This document shows, piece after piece, positions 49,698 to 58,790 of a DNA stretch of 64,000 nt. Each line of letters opens with the position of its first letter. Within the stretch, counting starts at the first letter, position 1. The position numbers were made by a program, and so were the translations under genes. Below the pieces are notes generated by a model. The model did no database searches, was not told where the DNA came from, and saw only the letters and a list, made by a program, of their open reading frames with translations. The stretch comes from Carpediemonas membranifera BICM (taxonomy: Eukaryota > Protista > Fornicata): positions 459,200-523,199 of the forward strand of contig JAHDYR010000005.1 of assembly GCA_019828565.1 (NCBI GenBank), written 5' to 3'.

Positions 49698-50301
49698 AAG
49701 GACGAGAAAGACGGATAATACATAGAATATGATTGCATAAGGCCCCATTAGACTGTACAATAGGCCATGTAAGAGTTAAAGATATGATAGAGAGCAGAAG
49801 AGAAGGCGGGAGAAAGGAGAAACCGCAGCAGATTGTCACTAATGGTTAATAAGATCGATATATCGAAGACTATCGAAGAATTGGCCGGAGAGAGTGAGAA
49901 AATGCCGGCGAATGGAAATGGCCAAAACCGCGCACAAAGAATGACTATCAGGCTGTGAAAATATGTGCCTGAGAGATGGGCATCAATGGCATGCTTGGAG
50001 GCACAGGAGACCAGAGAAATAATTTCTGAAGAGAAAATTTTTATTATATGATGGCGGGATACATCAATTGGAGACTTCGACCGTAGTCGACTGCAAGTCG
50101 CGTACCGTCGTAGACGTAGACACAGTGCGCCTTGGGGCGCGGTCCACAAGGGTCCGAGTGGGGTGCCGATCACCCGGACCCAAACCCAAAAGATTCGGGA
50201 GAATCTTCTAGATTCGTGGAAAATATTCGGCTGGTGACCTGGGACGTTTAAGCCAATTTAACCAAGGGGGAAAACCTCCCCTGTTCGGCACATCCCTGGA
50301 A

Positions 50302-50841
50302 ATGGCTGACGACGAGCAAGACGCAGCCAGTAAGCTCCTCCAACTCGAGGAGCTCGTCAAGACTCAGGCTGAGACAATTGCAAGCCTTGTTGAGTCTGTT
50401 GAGGACGTTCGGACCAATGCCGAGGACACTCGAAAGCCTTCTAAGATCCCGGCCGTCACAAAGGAATTCTCGCACCTGCGTGCTATTCACGCCGAGATCA
50501 AGACCGTTCTTGCTGACCCCGCAACCACGTCTATTGAGACCATAGCAACCAAAGTGAACATCATTATCGAGCGCCGCCTTGAGTTCCTCCGTGTCCTCGA
50601 CGACGCCGGGGAGGACGCCGCACGCTACTTCCAAGTTACAGCTGCAACCGAGAACAACCCGCGAGAATTCATCAAGCTAGCCGCGAAAGCGAAGAAAGCC
50701 GCTCCGCCCCAGAGCTTCCGCCATCGCCAGCAGATCCGTAAGCCTTTCTCGCGCAACAGGTACTTCCAGCGCTCCCCACAGCGCCACTTCACAGCTTCGA
50801 ACGCCTCGGGCAACCGCAATGCGGCCCCGGGGCAGCAATAA
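50302..50841 (+). CDS. Gag-like ORF1, F2 copy 2
   Basis: Same protein as 3058-3597. Confidence 0.8.
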   Translation: MADDEQDAASKLLQLEELVKTQAETIASLVESVEDVRTNAEDTRKPSKIPAVTKEFSHLRAIHAEIKTVLADPATTSIETIATKVNIIIERRLEFLRVLDDAGEDAARYFQVTAATENNPREFIKLAAKAKKAAPPQSFRHRQQIRKPFSRNRYFQRSPQRHFTASNASGNRNAAPGQQ

Positions 50842-50858
50842 GCGGCCAAGAAGAGGTT

Positions 50859-53800
50859 ATGCCCACCTCGAAGACAATAAAAGGCACTATCTACGTTTAC
50901 GAGCACTATGAGACGAGAAGAAGCAAGAAAGCAAGTACAAGAGCAAGAGACATCAACAGACAAGCAACCGATCAAAGCTGCGCAGTCACGCAAGTCGTAC
51001 GACGCTCCGCCCGACTCTTGCCCGGTGTCCCGGGCACAGGTGGTGGGCTCGATGAGCCGCGCCTGGAGGGAGTGGGAGGCCTTGGGGGCCAGCAAGGAGG
51101 TCGTGAGCACACTGAGAGACGGGGTGAAGGTAGCCCCGGCAACGCCCAACGCCCCGAGAGCGAACGGGAGGGAAGGCCCAATAAGCGAGATGCTGAAGGA
51201 GCTAGTGAACATTCAAGCCTTAGAGGTAGCAACGGCGAGCAACATATCCCCGGTCTTCCTGATTCCGAAGAAACCATCGGATTGGAGACTCATACACGAC
51301 CTCCGGCCGGTCAACTTTTTCCAACAGGTCCGCAAGTTTCGGTTGAAGGGGTTGATGGAGGTGGCGGCCAATCTGGCACAGGGGGCATGGTTGACGAGCG
51401 TCGACCTGAAGTCCGGCTACTACCAGGTGCTCATGGCGGAGGAGGCCAAGGAGTACCTGGGGATTACCCACGAAGGAACAACATATCGGTGGAGAGCCCT
51501 GCCCTTCGGCCTCAACACAGCACCAGAGGCATTCCAGAGGGTCACCGCCCAGGCGGCAAAGATTATTCGAAGAGAGTTTGGCGTGCAGGTGTTCGTATAC
51601 CTAGACGACCTGCTGTTCGCAGACCACTCACGCGCATCACTCGCGGAGAAGATGCCAGGCATACTTGCGCTGATGAGAAGACTCGGCATGGTAATCTCGC
51701 AGGAGAAGTCTGTTGCTGTGCCAACGCAGGAGCTCGAGTACCTCGGGGTGGTGATCAACTCAGCAGAGGGATGCATGTACCTGACAGAGAGAAAGGCCAC
51801 AGACATGATCAGCTTGATCGACAGACTGCAGAAGGAGAGACGGTTCCTAGTCAAGGACCTCCAAGCCCTCATCGGGAAGCTGCTGTTCGCACGGTTCGCC
51901 GTGGGAGCTCGGGCCCTGCCCAGGCTACGCGAGCTTCAATGTGCGGCGGCCTCACTCGCAGGAAAGTTACGGGGCACGAAGAAGGACATCCCACAGGAAG
52001 CGAGGACAGACCTGCGGTGGTGGGCGAGAACACTGAGGAGAGACCCGCACTGGTGGTGCTTTCTCACGAACGGGAGAGAGATTCGGATCGAGACGGACGC
52101 GAGCGACCATGCTTACGGTGGCGCCATCTGGTCAGAGTTCGGGACCGACTCGTTTCAGGACACGTTCGACCAGACATTCGTAGGCAAATCAATCAACTGC
52201 AAGGAGGCGAAGGCCATGGACATAGCGCTGCGCCGCTGGGAGCGGAGGATAGCCGGCAGGGACGTCTTATTAGTCGGCGACAACACGTCAGCACTGGCCT
52301 GGATCGGGAAGAGCAGTACAAAGGCACCGGCCCACATGCGACGAGAGGTGAAGGAGCTCCACGACTTCTTACACGCGATCGGGGCGAGGGTGCGAACAAA
52401 GCACGTCCCGGGTCTGCTCAACACCACAGCGGACGACCTCTCGAGATTCAAGAAGCTCGACTGGGCGATGCCGGCATCACTAGCGGCGAGGGCAGCAGAG
52501 CAGTGGGGCACAACCGACAGATCGCTGTTCGCAACACGAACTTTCCTGCCAGAGGACTTGGGCTATGTAGAAGACGCCTTCACGGCGGACTGGACCGAGT
52601 GCAGGTCAATCGCAGTCCCACCAGTTGCGCTCTTACCCCGCGTGACCGCCAGATTGAGAGAGATATGGCAACAGTCAGAGGTCACCCCAGCCCAGCAGCC
52701 CAGGGGAGTGGTAGTAATCGCACCGCAGAGAGGCACCAACGTGGACCTGGACCTGAACCGGATGTCCCAGGACAAAATCGAAGTCACGCTGCCGGCACAC
52801 TGGTGGACCGGCACAGAGATAGAGAACTTGTTCGCCGGGAAGGATCGTATCCCTTTCGTGGCTTACTGGGTGCCGGTGAGGTCGACATTGGCACAGCTTT
52901 GTCCGCCCCATGGGTGATGGCAAGACACAGGGCCATGCGAGCCGCAGGTCAGACCCCAGAGAGAGGCCACCTCTCGTGTCAATGGACACGCGAGCCAAGA
53001 GTCAAGAGTAGTCAAATAGAGGCCCAGCTCACGAATAACCCCCTCCTCATGGACAAGGAAGTATCTACCAGGCAGCGCATCGCCGCAGAGACAGCCAAAT
53101 TCACGTTTTTCCGATCATCAGTCCGGCATGACCCCGACTGTGACTCTGACTGTGACTCTGACTGTGACTTACCTCAGGACGACCCTGCCCCGACGGCCAG
53201 GGACACGGCACAGGCGACGCTGGACCGAGCAAGGCAGGAACTCACAGACCGCGAGTGGTTGCACGAGTTCGCCGAGCTCCTTGACGCCATTGAGCCGGCA
53301 GACACACTGATGTTGTATCTATTTTCCGAAATCCCCTTCGTCGCCAGAGACACATTCATCACGAAGGAGGCGAACATCAGAATGGGACTGGAGGCACTGG
53401 GCGAGAGCGCTGAGACGACAAGGTTGCATCGGGCCCTGACCAGGGCAGGTGCGAGGCTAGCAGGCCGATGCGAGCTAACGCCCGGACGTAAGACTGGGAA
53501 GGCTTGGCCAATCAGGCGTGAGACGCTGGAGGCTGCGGCTAGGTCAGCCGGGGCACACGCGACCCCGCCCCTCACTCAGGCAATTGCCTTTGGCCTGGTG
53601 ACGTTTGCGACAGTGTCGCGAGCAGGCGAGATCCGGGCACTCAAGACAGAGGATGTGAGGCACGGCGGAGCAGACGGCGCGCTGGAGATTACGATACGAC
53701 ACACAAAGACAAGGGATGAAGCGACGCTGAAGTTGGTTCCCTCAGCCGACGACCAGCTGCGGTCACCAGCCTGGTGGCTCGCCATGCACATGAGTAACCT

Positions 53801-54095
53801 ACCAGATGAAGGCCCCTTGTGGCGTTCGTACACCCATAGCCAGGCAACACTACGAGAGAGCCGGTCCGCGTTGAAGGGGGCGCAGGAGCCGTGGGCGCGA
53901 TTCGAAATGATGATGGACCTCGAGGAAGTATTCAAGGCCACCGGACATTCCTTCCGCCGCGGCGCCGCAGTACATCTGGTTGAATCTGGAACTCCAATGG
54001 AAGTGGTGCAAGCCTTGGGGGGATGGCGGGCGCAAGACTCAGTACAAACGTACATCAGTGAAGCAATACGACTGTCCAGAAGCGCATGGAGCTGA
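50859..54095 (+). CDS. Overlapping YR ORF (1078 aa), F2 copy 2
   Basis: SRAGE, TKT, HSFRRG, GGW, QTY. Confidence 0.9.
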   Translation: MPTSKTIKGTIYVYEHYETRRSKKASTRARDINRQATDQSCAVTQVVRRSARLLPGVPGTGGGLDEPRLEGVGGLGGQQGGREHTERRGEGSPGNAQRPESEREGRPNKRDAEGASEHSSLRGSNGEQHIPGLPDSEETIGLETHTRPPAGQLFPTGPQVSVEGVDGGGGQSGTGGMVDERRPEVRLLPGAHGGGGQGVPGDYPRRNNISVESPALRPQHSTRGIPEGHRPGGKDYSKRVWRAGVRIPRRPAVRRPLTRITRGEDARHTCADEKTRHGNLAGEVCCCANAGARVPRGGDQLSRGMHVPDREKGHRHDQLDRQTAEGETVPSQGPPSPHREAAVRTVRRGSSGPAQATRASMCGGLTRRKVTGHEEGHPTGSEDRPAVVGENTEERPALVVLSHERERDSDRDGRERPCLRWRHLVRVRDRLVSGHVRPDIRRQINQLQGGEGHGHSAAPLGAEDSRQGRLISRRQHVSTGLDREEQYKGTGPHATRGEGAPRLLTRDRGEGANKARPGSAQHHSGRPLEIQEARLGDAGITSGEGSRAVGHNRQIAVRNTNFPARGLGLCRRRLHGGLDRVQVNRSPTSCALTPRDRQIERDMATVRGHPSPAAQGSGSNRTAERHQRGPGPEPDVPGQNRSHAAGTLVDRHRDRELVRREGSYPFRGLLGAGEVDIGTALSAPWVMARHRAMRAAGQTPERGHLSCQWTREPRVKSSQIEAQLTNNPLLMDKEVSTRQRIAAETAKFTFFRSSVRHDPDCDSDCDSDCDLPQDDPAPTARDTAQATLDRARQELTDREWLHEFAELLDAIEPADTLMLYLFSEIPFVARDTFITKEANIRMGLEALGESAETTRLHRALTRAGARLAGRCELTPGRKTGKAWPIRRETLEAAARSAGAHATPPLTQAIAFGLVTFATVSRAGEIRALKTEDVRHGGADGALEITIRHTKTRDEATLKLVPSADDQLRSPAWWLAMHMSNLPDEGPLWRSYTHSQATLRESRSALKGAQEPWARFEMMMDLEEVFKATGHSFRRGAAVHLVESGTPMEVVQALGGWRAQDSVQTYISEAIRLSRSAWS
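50908..52917 (+). CDS. RT-RNase H-MT-like protein, F2 copy 2
   Basis: Same motifs as copy 1. Confidence 0.95.
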   Translation: MRREEARKQVQEQETSTDKQPIKAAQSRKSYDAPPDSCPVSRAQVVGSMSRAWREWEALGASKEVVSTLRDGVKVAPATPNAPRANGREGPISEMLKELVNIQALEVATASNISPVFLIPKKPSDWRLIHDLRPVNFFQQVRKFRLKGLMEVAANLAQGAWLTSVDLKSGYYQVLMAEEAKEYLGITHEGTTYRWRALPFGLNTAPEAFQRVTAQAAKIIRREFGVQVFVYLDDLLFADHSRASLAEKMPGILALMRRLGMVISQEKSVAVPTQELEYLGVVINSAEGCMYLTERKATDMISLIDRLQKERRFLVKDLQALIGKLLFARFAVGARALPRLRELQCAAASLAGKLRGTKKDIPQEARTDLRWWARTLRRDPHWWCFLTNGREIRIETDASDHAYGGAIWSEFGTDSFQDTFDQTFVGKSINCKEAKAMDIALRRWERRIAGRDVLLVGDNTSALAWIGKSSTKAPAHMRREVKELHDFLHAIGARVRTKHVPGLLNTTADDLSRFKKLDWAMPASLAARAAEQWGTTDRSLFATRTFLPEDLGYVEDAFTADWTECRSIAVPPVALLPRVTARLREIWQQSEVTPAQQPRGVVVIAPQRGTNVDLDLNRMSQDKIEVTLPAHWWTGTEIENLFAGKDRIPFVAYWVPVRSTLAQLCPPHG

Positions 54096-54862
54096 GCTAA
54101 CTGTAGATAGAAGATATAGAAGATAAGAAGAGCACAATGTGTGCAAATGAGTGTTAAAATAAGAACAGAAGCGAAGACAGAGACCAAAGAACCATTATGC
54201 CCAGTTGCAAAGTCAAGGTCATGGTGAAAAACTAACGTCAGAAGAGGAGGGGCGGACGACCATATAGGGTCTATAGAACTCGGTAAGGGGTGTCTCAATT
54301 ATATTTATTTGATGGCGGGATACATCAATTGGAGACTTCGACTGTTGTCGACTAACAGTCGGCGTACCGTCGTAGACGTAGACACAGTGCGCCTTGGGGC
54401 GCGGTCCACAAGGGTCCGAGTGGGGTGCCGATCACCCGGACCCAAACCCAAAAGATTCGGGAGAATCTTCTAGATTCGTGGAAAATATTCGGCTGGTGAC
54501 CTGGGACGTTTAAGCCAATTTAACCAAGGGGGAAAACCTCCCCTGTTCGGCACATCCCTGGAAATGGCTGACGACGAGCAAGACGCTCAGCCTGATCCAG
54601 GAGTATAAATTTGATCTAATCAATTGGAGACTTCGACTGTTGTCGACTAACAGTCGGGCATATCATCGATATGTAAGCTATCACGCCTCGGGCGTGGCTC
54701 ACGCCCTGACACTGCTGGGTCAGGGTGTGTCAGAACAGGATTCCGGGGACACGAGAAAGATGGCCAAAATATTTAGAAAATCTCGAAAGATATGATTGTG
54801 GATACGGTTTTGATCCGTCCCGATCGCGAGCAGATCGTATCCCTCCAGCAGAAACCGTGAGG

Positions 54863-55401
54863 ATGGCCGAAGGCGACACGGATAACGCTGATCCGCCGCC
54901 TGTCACCATGGAGAGCCTTGCTGAGCTCATACAACAGCAGCAGAACGTCATTACGGCACTCCGTTCGGAGGTTTCATCGGTTAAGGACAGTACACGGGAC
55001 CCGAGACGCCCGTCTCGGATAGGAGCCGTTGCTAAGGAGTACGACCACCTCCGCGAGACACTTGCCGACATCAGAGGTATCCTCAACAACCCGGAGATGA
55101 CGCGCGTCAACCAGATCGAAGCCGCGATCGAGGCGGTCTTCGAGCGCAGACTCGAGTTCCTACGGCTATATGACAGCCACTCCGACACCGCTGCGCGCTA
55201 CTTCATGGCTATTTCGAGAGAAGAACGAGACGCGCAACGCTTCGTAGTGCTGGCCGCCAAGGCGGCCAAGGCCACCCACCGCCTCCTCGACCCAAGCGGT
55301 TCCAGAGAGGCTTCGGCGGCTTCAGCCGCAACTCTCCCCGCTTCAACAACAACAACCGTCGTGCCCCGGCAACCGACCTCGGACCGGGGCGGGCCCAGTA
55401 G
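54863..55401 (+). CDS. Gag-like ORF1, F4 (apparent 1-bp frameshift near 55275; as sequenced it reads to 55537)
   Basis: Homologous to F2 and F3 gag. The matching basic C-terminus is in the -1 frame and ends at TAG 55399-55401. Confidence 0.7.
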
Positions 55402-55430
55402 AGGCCAGAGAAGGGTTAAGCCTGAACCCG

Positions 55431-58400
55431 ATGACTATAAAAGGCTCGATATACTTCGAAGAGTTTGTTTGCAATGGAAAGAGAAGAAGCACAAGAAGAT
55501 CAGCAAGACACCTCCACCCAGTGTATACAGGGGCTGACGGGCTCGATGAGCCGTCGGTGGATGAGGTGGGAGGCCCTCGGGGCCAGCAGGGAGGTGGTGC
55601 AACTGTTACGAGAGGGAGTGAAGGTCACCCCGGCAGCACCGGCGCTCAATGCGCACCTCCAGAAGGAGACAGACACGATGAAGGCTCTACTAGAGGAGCT
55701 ACTGCAACAGAAAGCAATAGAGAAGGGCGAGGCGACGACAATATGCCCCCTGTTTGCATTAGAGAAGAAGATCGCAGGCAGCTACCGTCTGATACACGAC
55801 CTGAGACCGGTCAATGCATACCAAGAGGACCTAACATTCAGGCTGAGGGGCCTAGCAGAGATACAGCATGGCGTTCCGAGAAACTCGTGGGGAATAACAT
55901 TGGACATGAAGTCCGGGTACTACCAGCTCCTAGTGGAGGAGAACTCACGACAGGAACTCGGATTCTCGTTCGAGGGAGAACAATACAGATGGAGAGGACT
56001 CCCTTTCGGCCTCTCAACGGCGCCACGGCAGTTTCAGTCGGTTACGTCACAGATGGCGAAGATCTTGCGCTCACTTCTCGAAGGACTGATAATATACGTG
56101 TATCTGGACGATCTGCTCATAATCAGTCGCTCGAGAGAGTCGTTGAGCGCCCAGGTCCCACGGATCTTAGAGATCTTGGACTCACTTGGAGTCGTCCTAT
56201 CGAGAGAGAAGTGCCACTTGACCCCGTCCCAGAGGGTAACTTACTTGGGCGTGATAGTCGACTTGCGCGAGATGACGATGTCGCTGCCAGAGGAGAAGAG
56301 GGCTCAGTACAGCAGTCTCATAGCCAACCTGCAACTCAAGAGACACACAAAGCGGGACCTTCAGACCCTTCACGGAAAGCTACTCTTCTGCCGGTTCGCA
56401 CTAGGGACGCGGGCACTTGTCCGGCTCAGAGAGCTGCAGGTCAGGATCGCTGGCTGCGACGACCGAGTGCGGTACCCAAAGTCCAGCCTGCCCCAGGACC
56501 TACGAACGGACCTGCGGTGGTGGGCCAGACAGCTATCATCCGATCCGGCATGGTACTTCGGCCCAAGAGGCCAGGTACTTCGTATGGAGACCGACGCGTC
56601 GGACTATGCGTTCGGCGCGACGCTGTTTGTCGAAGACACGTCCCTCAACATCCAGGGCAGGTTCTCAGAGGCACAATGCTCCAAGAGCATCAACGCGAAG
56701 GAGCTATGGGCAATGGAGGAAGGCCTGCGGAGATGGACGAGCGACATTCAGGAGAGGGACCTACTCCTAGCCGGGGACAACACATCAGCGCTTTCATGGG
56801 TCCTGAAGTCAAGCACCAGAGCTCCCCGACACATCAGAAGGACGATTGTGGAGCTTCACGACTACTTGTTCGAGATTGGCTGCAGGATAAGAACCAAGCA
56901 CATTCCAGGGAGATACAACACGACTGCCGACGGGCTGTCCAGGTACCGGAAGCTGGACTGGAACTCACCCGCGGCGATGCTCCAGAGCGCGCTGGAACGA
57001 TGGGGGTCAGTAGACCGATCACTCTTCTGCGCGGAGAGATTCCTGCCGGAGGACCACGACTTCCAGACGGACGCATTTACATGCAATTGGTCAGAGATGA
57101 GGTCATTGGCGGTCCCACCAGTCAGCCTACTGGACAAGGTCATCGCCAGGGCGGAGGAGATCGCCACGTCAGACGAGACGCACCCCGCACTGCAGCAGAG
57201 AGGCCTATTAGTCATCGCACCACAACGCAGGACGAACTCCAACGCCAGACTGGCAGCCATAGCACAGGACTGGTTCGAGGCAGCGTTCCCGACCAGCTGG
57301 TGGGCCCACACGGAGATAGGGAGCCTCTTCACAGGCAAGCAGAGAGCGACGTTCATAGCCTACTGGATCCCGATCGCCACAGAGACCTCGTCCTCACAGC
57401 CGGGGGAGTCCTGCAACAGAGAGCGAGAGAACGTATCGCCAGCGGAAGACAGGAGGAGCACAGGTGGCGAAGAAGCCCCAGAGAGTTCGAGACAGGCCTC
57501 AGAGATCAGATACTCGGAGCAGCACTCATCAGGGACCGGGAACGGAGCACCCGAGAGCGCATAGCCGTGGAGACGGCAAAGTACATCAGTTTTGCAGAAC
57601 GTATGATGGAGGAAGAGGAGGAAGCTGGAGAGAACAGAGACACGGTAGGAGCAAGGGCAGAAACAGCCGTTTTCCTGGGCGAGATGGCACAACGCATTAG
57701 GGACGCAGACTGGAGAGCAGAAGTCGAAGAGATCGCACAGATGGCGCCTGATGACGACTACCTCCTACACTACATGATACAAGAGATCCCTTTCATTGCC
57801 AAGGACACATTCCTCGTCAAGGAAGCAAATATCAGGACTGGCCTAGAGTCGATCAACCATGGTCTGGAGAGCTCACCCATCCACAGGGCTCTTATACGCG
57901 CGTGTGCAAGAATGGCCGGCAAATGCGAGCTCACTGTGGGTCGTAAGACTGGAAAGGCATACCCGGTGACAGTCGAGCAGCTGAAGAGAGCAGCAGCCGC
58001 GGCGCGCAAGACCAAGTCACCGGCGCTCACGCAGGCAGTAGCCTTCGGACTGACGTGCTTCTCCACCGTCAGCAGATCAGGGGAGATAATGAGCTTACTC
58101 ACGACCGACGTTCGGCGGGTGAGAGAGGGCTACGAGATCACTATTCGAAGATCCAAGACCAGGGATGAGCCCATGGTGAAGCTGGTCCCACTACTAGCAG
58201 CAGGAGGCTTAAGCCCAGCCAAGTGGCTGAGAGCACACCTCAACGACATTCAGACGGAAGGACCCCTGTGGAGATCCATACAGCACACCGAGAGCCTGCT
58301 GAGAGACAACTGCCTTCCACTGACAGCAACAAGGTGGCGCAGATGGGAGATGATCATGGACGTCAACGAGGTCTTCAAGGCAACAGGACACAGCTTCAGA

Positions 58401-58547
58401 CGTGGAGCCGTCGTTCACATGATCGATGAAGGGCGTTCCCCATTGGTTATTCAGGCACTAGGAGGCTGGAAGTCGATCGATTCGGTGAATAGATACTGTG
58501 AAGAGGCCATTCGAATCTCACAGCATGCTCTGCAGAGAAGAACATAG
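55431..58547 (+). CDS. Overlapping YR ORF (1038 aa), F4 copy 1
   Basis: MTIKGSIY..RRSAR, SRSGE, SKT, HSFRRG, GGW, NRY. Confidence 0.9.
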   Translation: MTIKGSIYFEEFVCNGKRRSTRRSARHLHPVYTGADGLDEPSVDEVGGPRGQQGGGATVTRGSEGHPGSTGAQCAPPEGDRHDEGSTRGATATESNREGRGDDNMPPVCIREEDRRQLPSDTRPETGQCIPRGPNIQAEGPSRDTAWRSEKLVGNNIGHEVRVLPAPSGGELTTGTRILVRGRTIQMERTPFRPLNGATAVSVGYVTDGEDLALTSRRTDNIRVSGRSAHNQSLERVVERPGPTDLRDLGLTWSRPIEREVPLDPVPEGNLLGRDSRLARDDDVAARGEEGSVQQSHSQPATQETHKAGPSDPSRKATLLPVRTRDAGTCPAQRAAGQDRWLRRPSAVPKVQPAPGPTNGPAVVGQTAIIRSGMVLRPKRPGTSYGDRRVGLCVRRDAVCRRHVPQHPGQVLRGTMLQEHQREGAMGNGGRPAEMDERHSGEGPTPSRGQHISAFMGPEVKHQSSPTHQKDDCGASRLLVRDWLQDKNQAHSREIQHDCRRAVQVPEAGLELTRGDAPERAGTMGVSRPITLLRGEIPAGGPRLPDGRIYMQLVRDEVIGGPTSQPTGQGHRQGGGDRHVRRDAPRTAAERPISHRTTTQDELQRQTGSHSTGLVRGSVPDQLVGPHGDREPLHRQAESDVHSLLDPDRHRDLVLTAGGVLQQRARERIASGRQEEHRWRRSPREFETGLRDQILGAALIRDRERSTRERIAVETAKYISFAERMMEEEEEAGENRDTVGARAETAVFLGEMAQRIRDADWRAEVEEIAQMAPDDDYLLHYMIQEIPFIAKDTFLVKEANIRTGLESINHGLESSPIHRALIRACARMAGKCELTVGRKTGKAYPVTVEQLKRAAAAARKTKSPALTQAVAFGLTCFSTVSRSGEIMSLLTTDVRRVREGYEITIRRSKTRDEPMVKLVPLLAAGGLSPAKWLRAHLNDIQTEGPLWRSIQHTESLLRDNCLPLTATRWRRWEMIMDVNEVFKATGHSFRRGAVVHMIDEGRSPLVIQALGGWKSIDSVNRYCEEAIRISQHALQRRT
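55474..57564 (+). CDS. RT-RNase H-MT-like protein, F4 copy 1
   Basis: YLDD, ETDAS, INAKE, GDN, ADGLSR, DAFTCNW. Confidence 0.95.
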   Translation: MEREEAQEDQQDTSTQCIQGLTGSMSRRWMRWEALGASREVVQLLREGVKVTPAAPALNAHLQKETDTMKALLEELLQQKAIEKGEATTICPLFALEKKIAGSYRLIHDLRPVNAYQEDLTFRLRGLAEIQHGVPRNSWGITLDMKSGYYQLLVEENSRQELGFSFEGEQYRWRGLPFGLSTAPRQFQSVTSQMAKILRSLLEGLIIYVYLDDLLIISRSRESLSAQVPRILEILDSLGVVLSREKCHLTPSQRVTYLGVIVDLREMTMSLPEEKRAQYSSLIANLQLKRHTKRDLQTLHGKLLFCRFALGTRALVRLRELQVRIAGCDDRVRYPKSSLPQDLRTDLRWWARQLSSDPAWYFGPRGQVLRMETDASDYAFGATLFVEDTSLNIQGRFSEAQCSKSINAKELWAMEEGLRRWTSDIQERDLLLAGDNTSALSWVLKSSTRAPRHIRRTIVELHDYLFEIGCRIRTKHIPGRYNTTADGLSRYRKLDWNSPAAMLQSALERWGSVDRSLFCAERFLPEDHDFQTDAFTCNWSEMRSLAVPPVSLLDKVIARAEEIATSDETHPALQQRGLLVIAPQRRTNSNARLAAIAQDWFEAAFPTSWWAHTEIGSLFTGKQRATFIAYWIPIATETSSSQPGESCNRERENVSPAEDRRSTGGEEAPESSRQASEIRYSEQHSSGTGNGAPESA

Positions 58548-58790
58548 AATATAGGACATAAGAGAGCATTGTAGCGATAAAGGGAGATGAAACGGAACGA
58601 GGGGAAAAGAATCAGGCAAGAGTTAGAGAAATGGATGTTTCTCGGATTCGGAACAGGAATTACATATGCCACGTATAACCGGCACAGAAGGTCATAAGTG
58701 CAGTAGAGGAAGGCTCAGGGGTACCATCGCAAGGTTAGATGGCGGGATGCATCAATTTGGAATAGTCGATTATCGTCGACCAAATGGTCG

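Larger units (their letters stand above)
45777..50100 (+). mobile_element. YR retrotransposon F3 (A1 to B1; own A2-B2 not seen)
   Basis: Left end GCATACCGTCGTAGAC, three intact ORFs, B arm 50063-50100. Confidence 0.93.
50100..54656 (+). mobile_element. YR retrotransposon F2 copy 2, full length and intact
   Basis: A1 50100-50324, B1 54324-54361, A2 54362-54586, B2 54619-54656. Confidence 0.96.
54658..58790 (+). mobile_element. YR retrotransposon F4 copy 1 (4133-bp tandem unit)
   Basis: Left end GCATATCATCG, B arm ending GGTCG at 58790, repeated in tandem. Confidence 0.95.
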
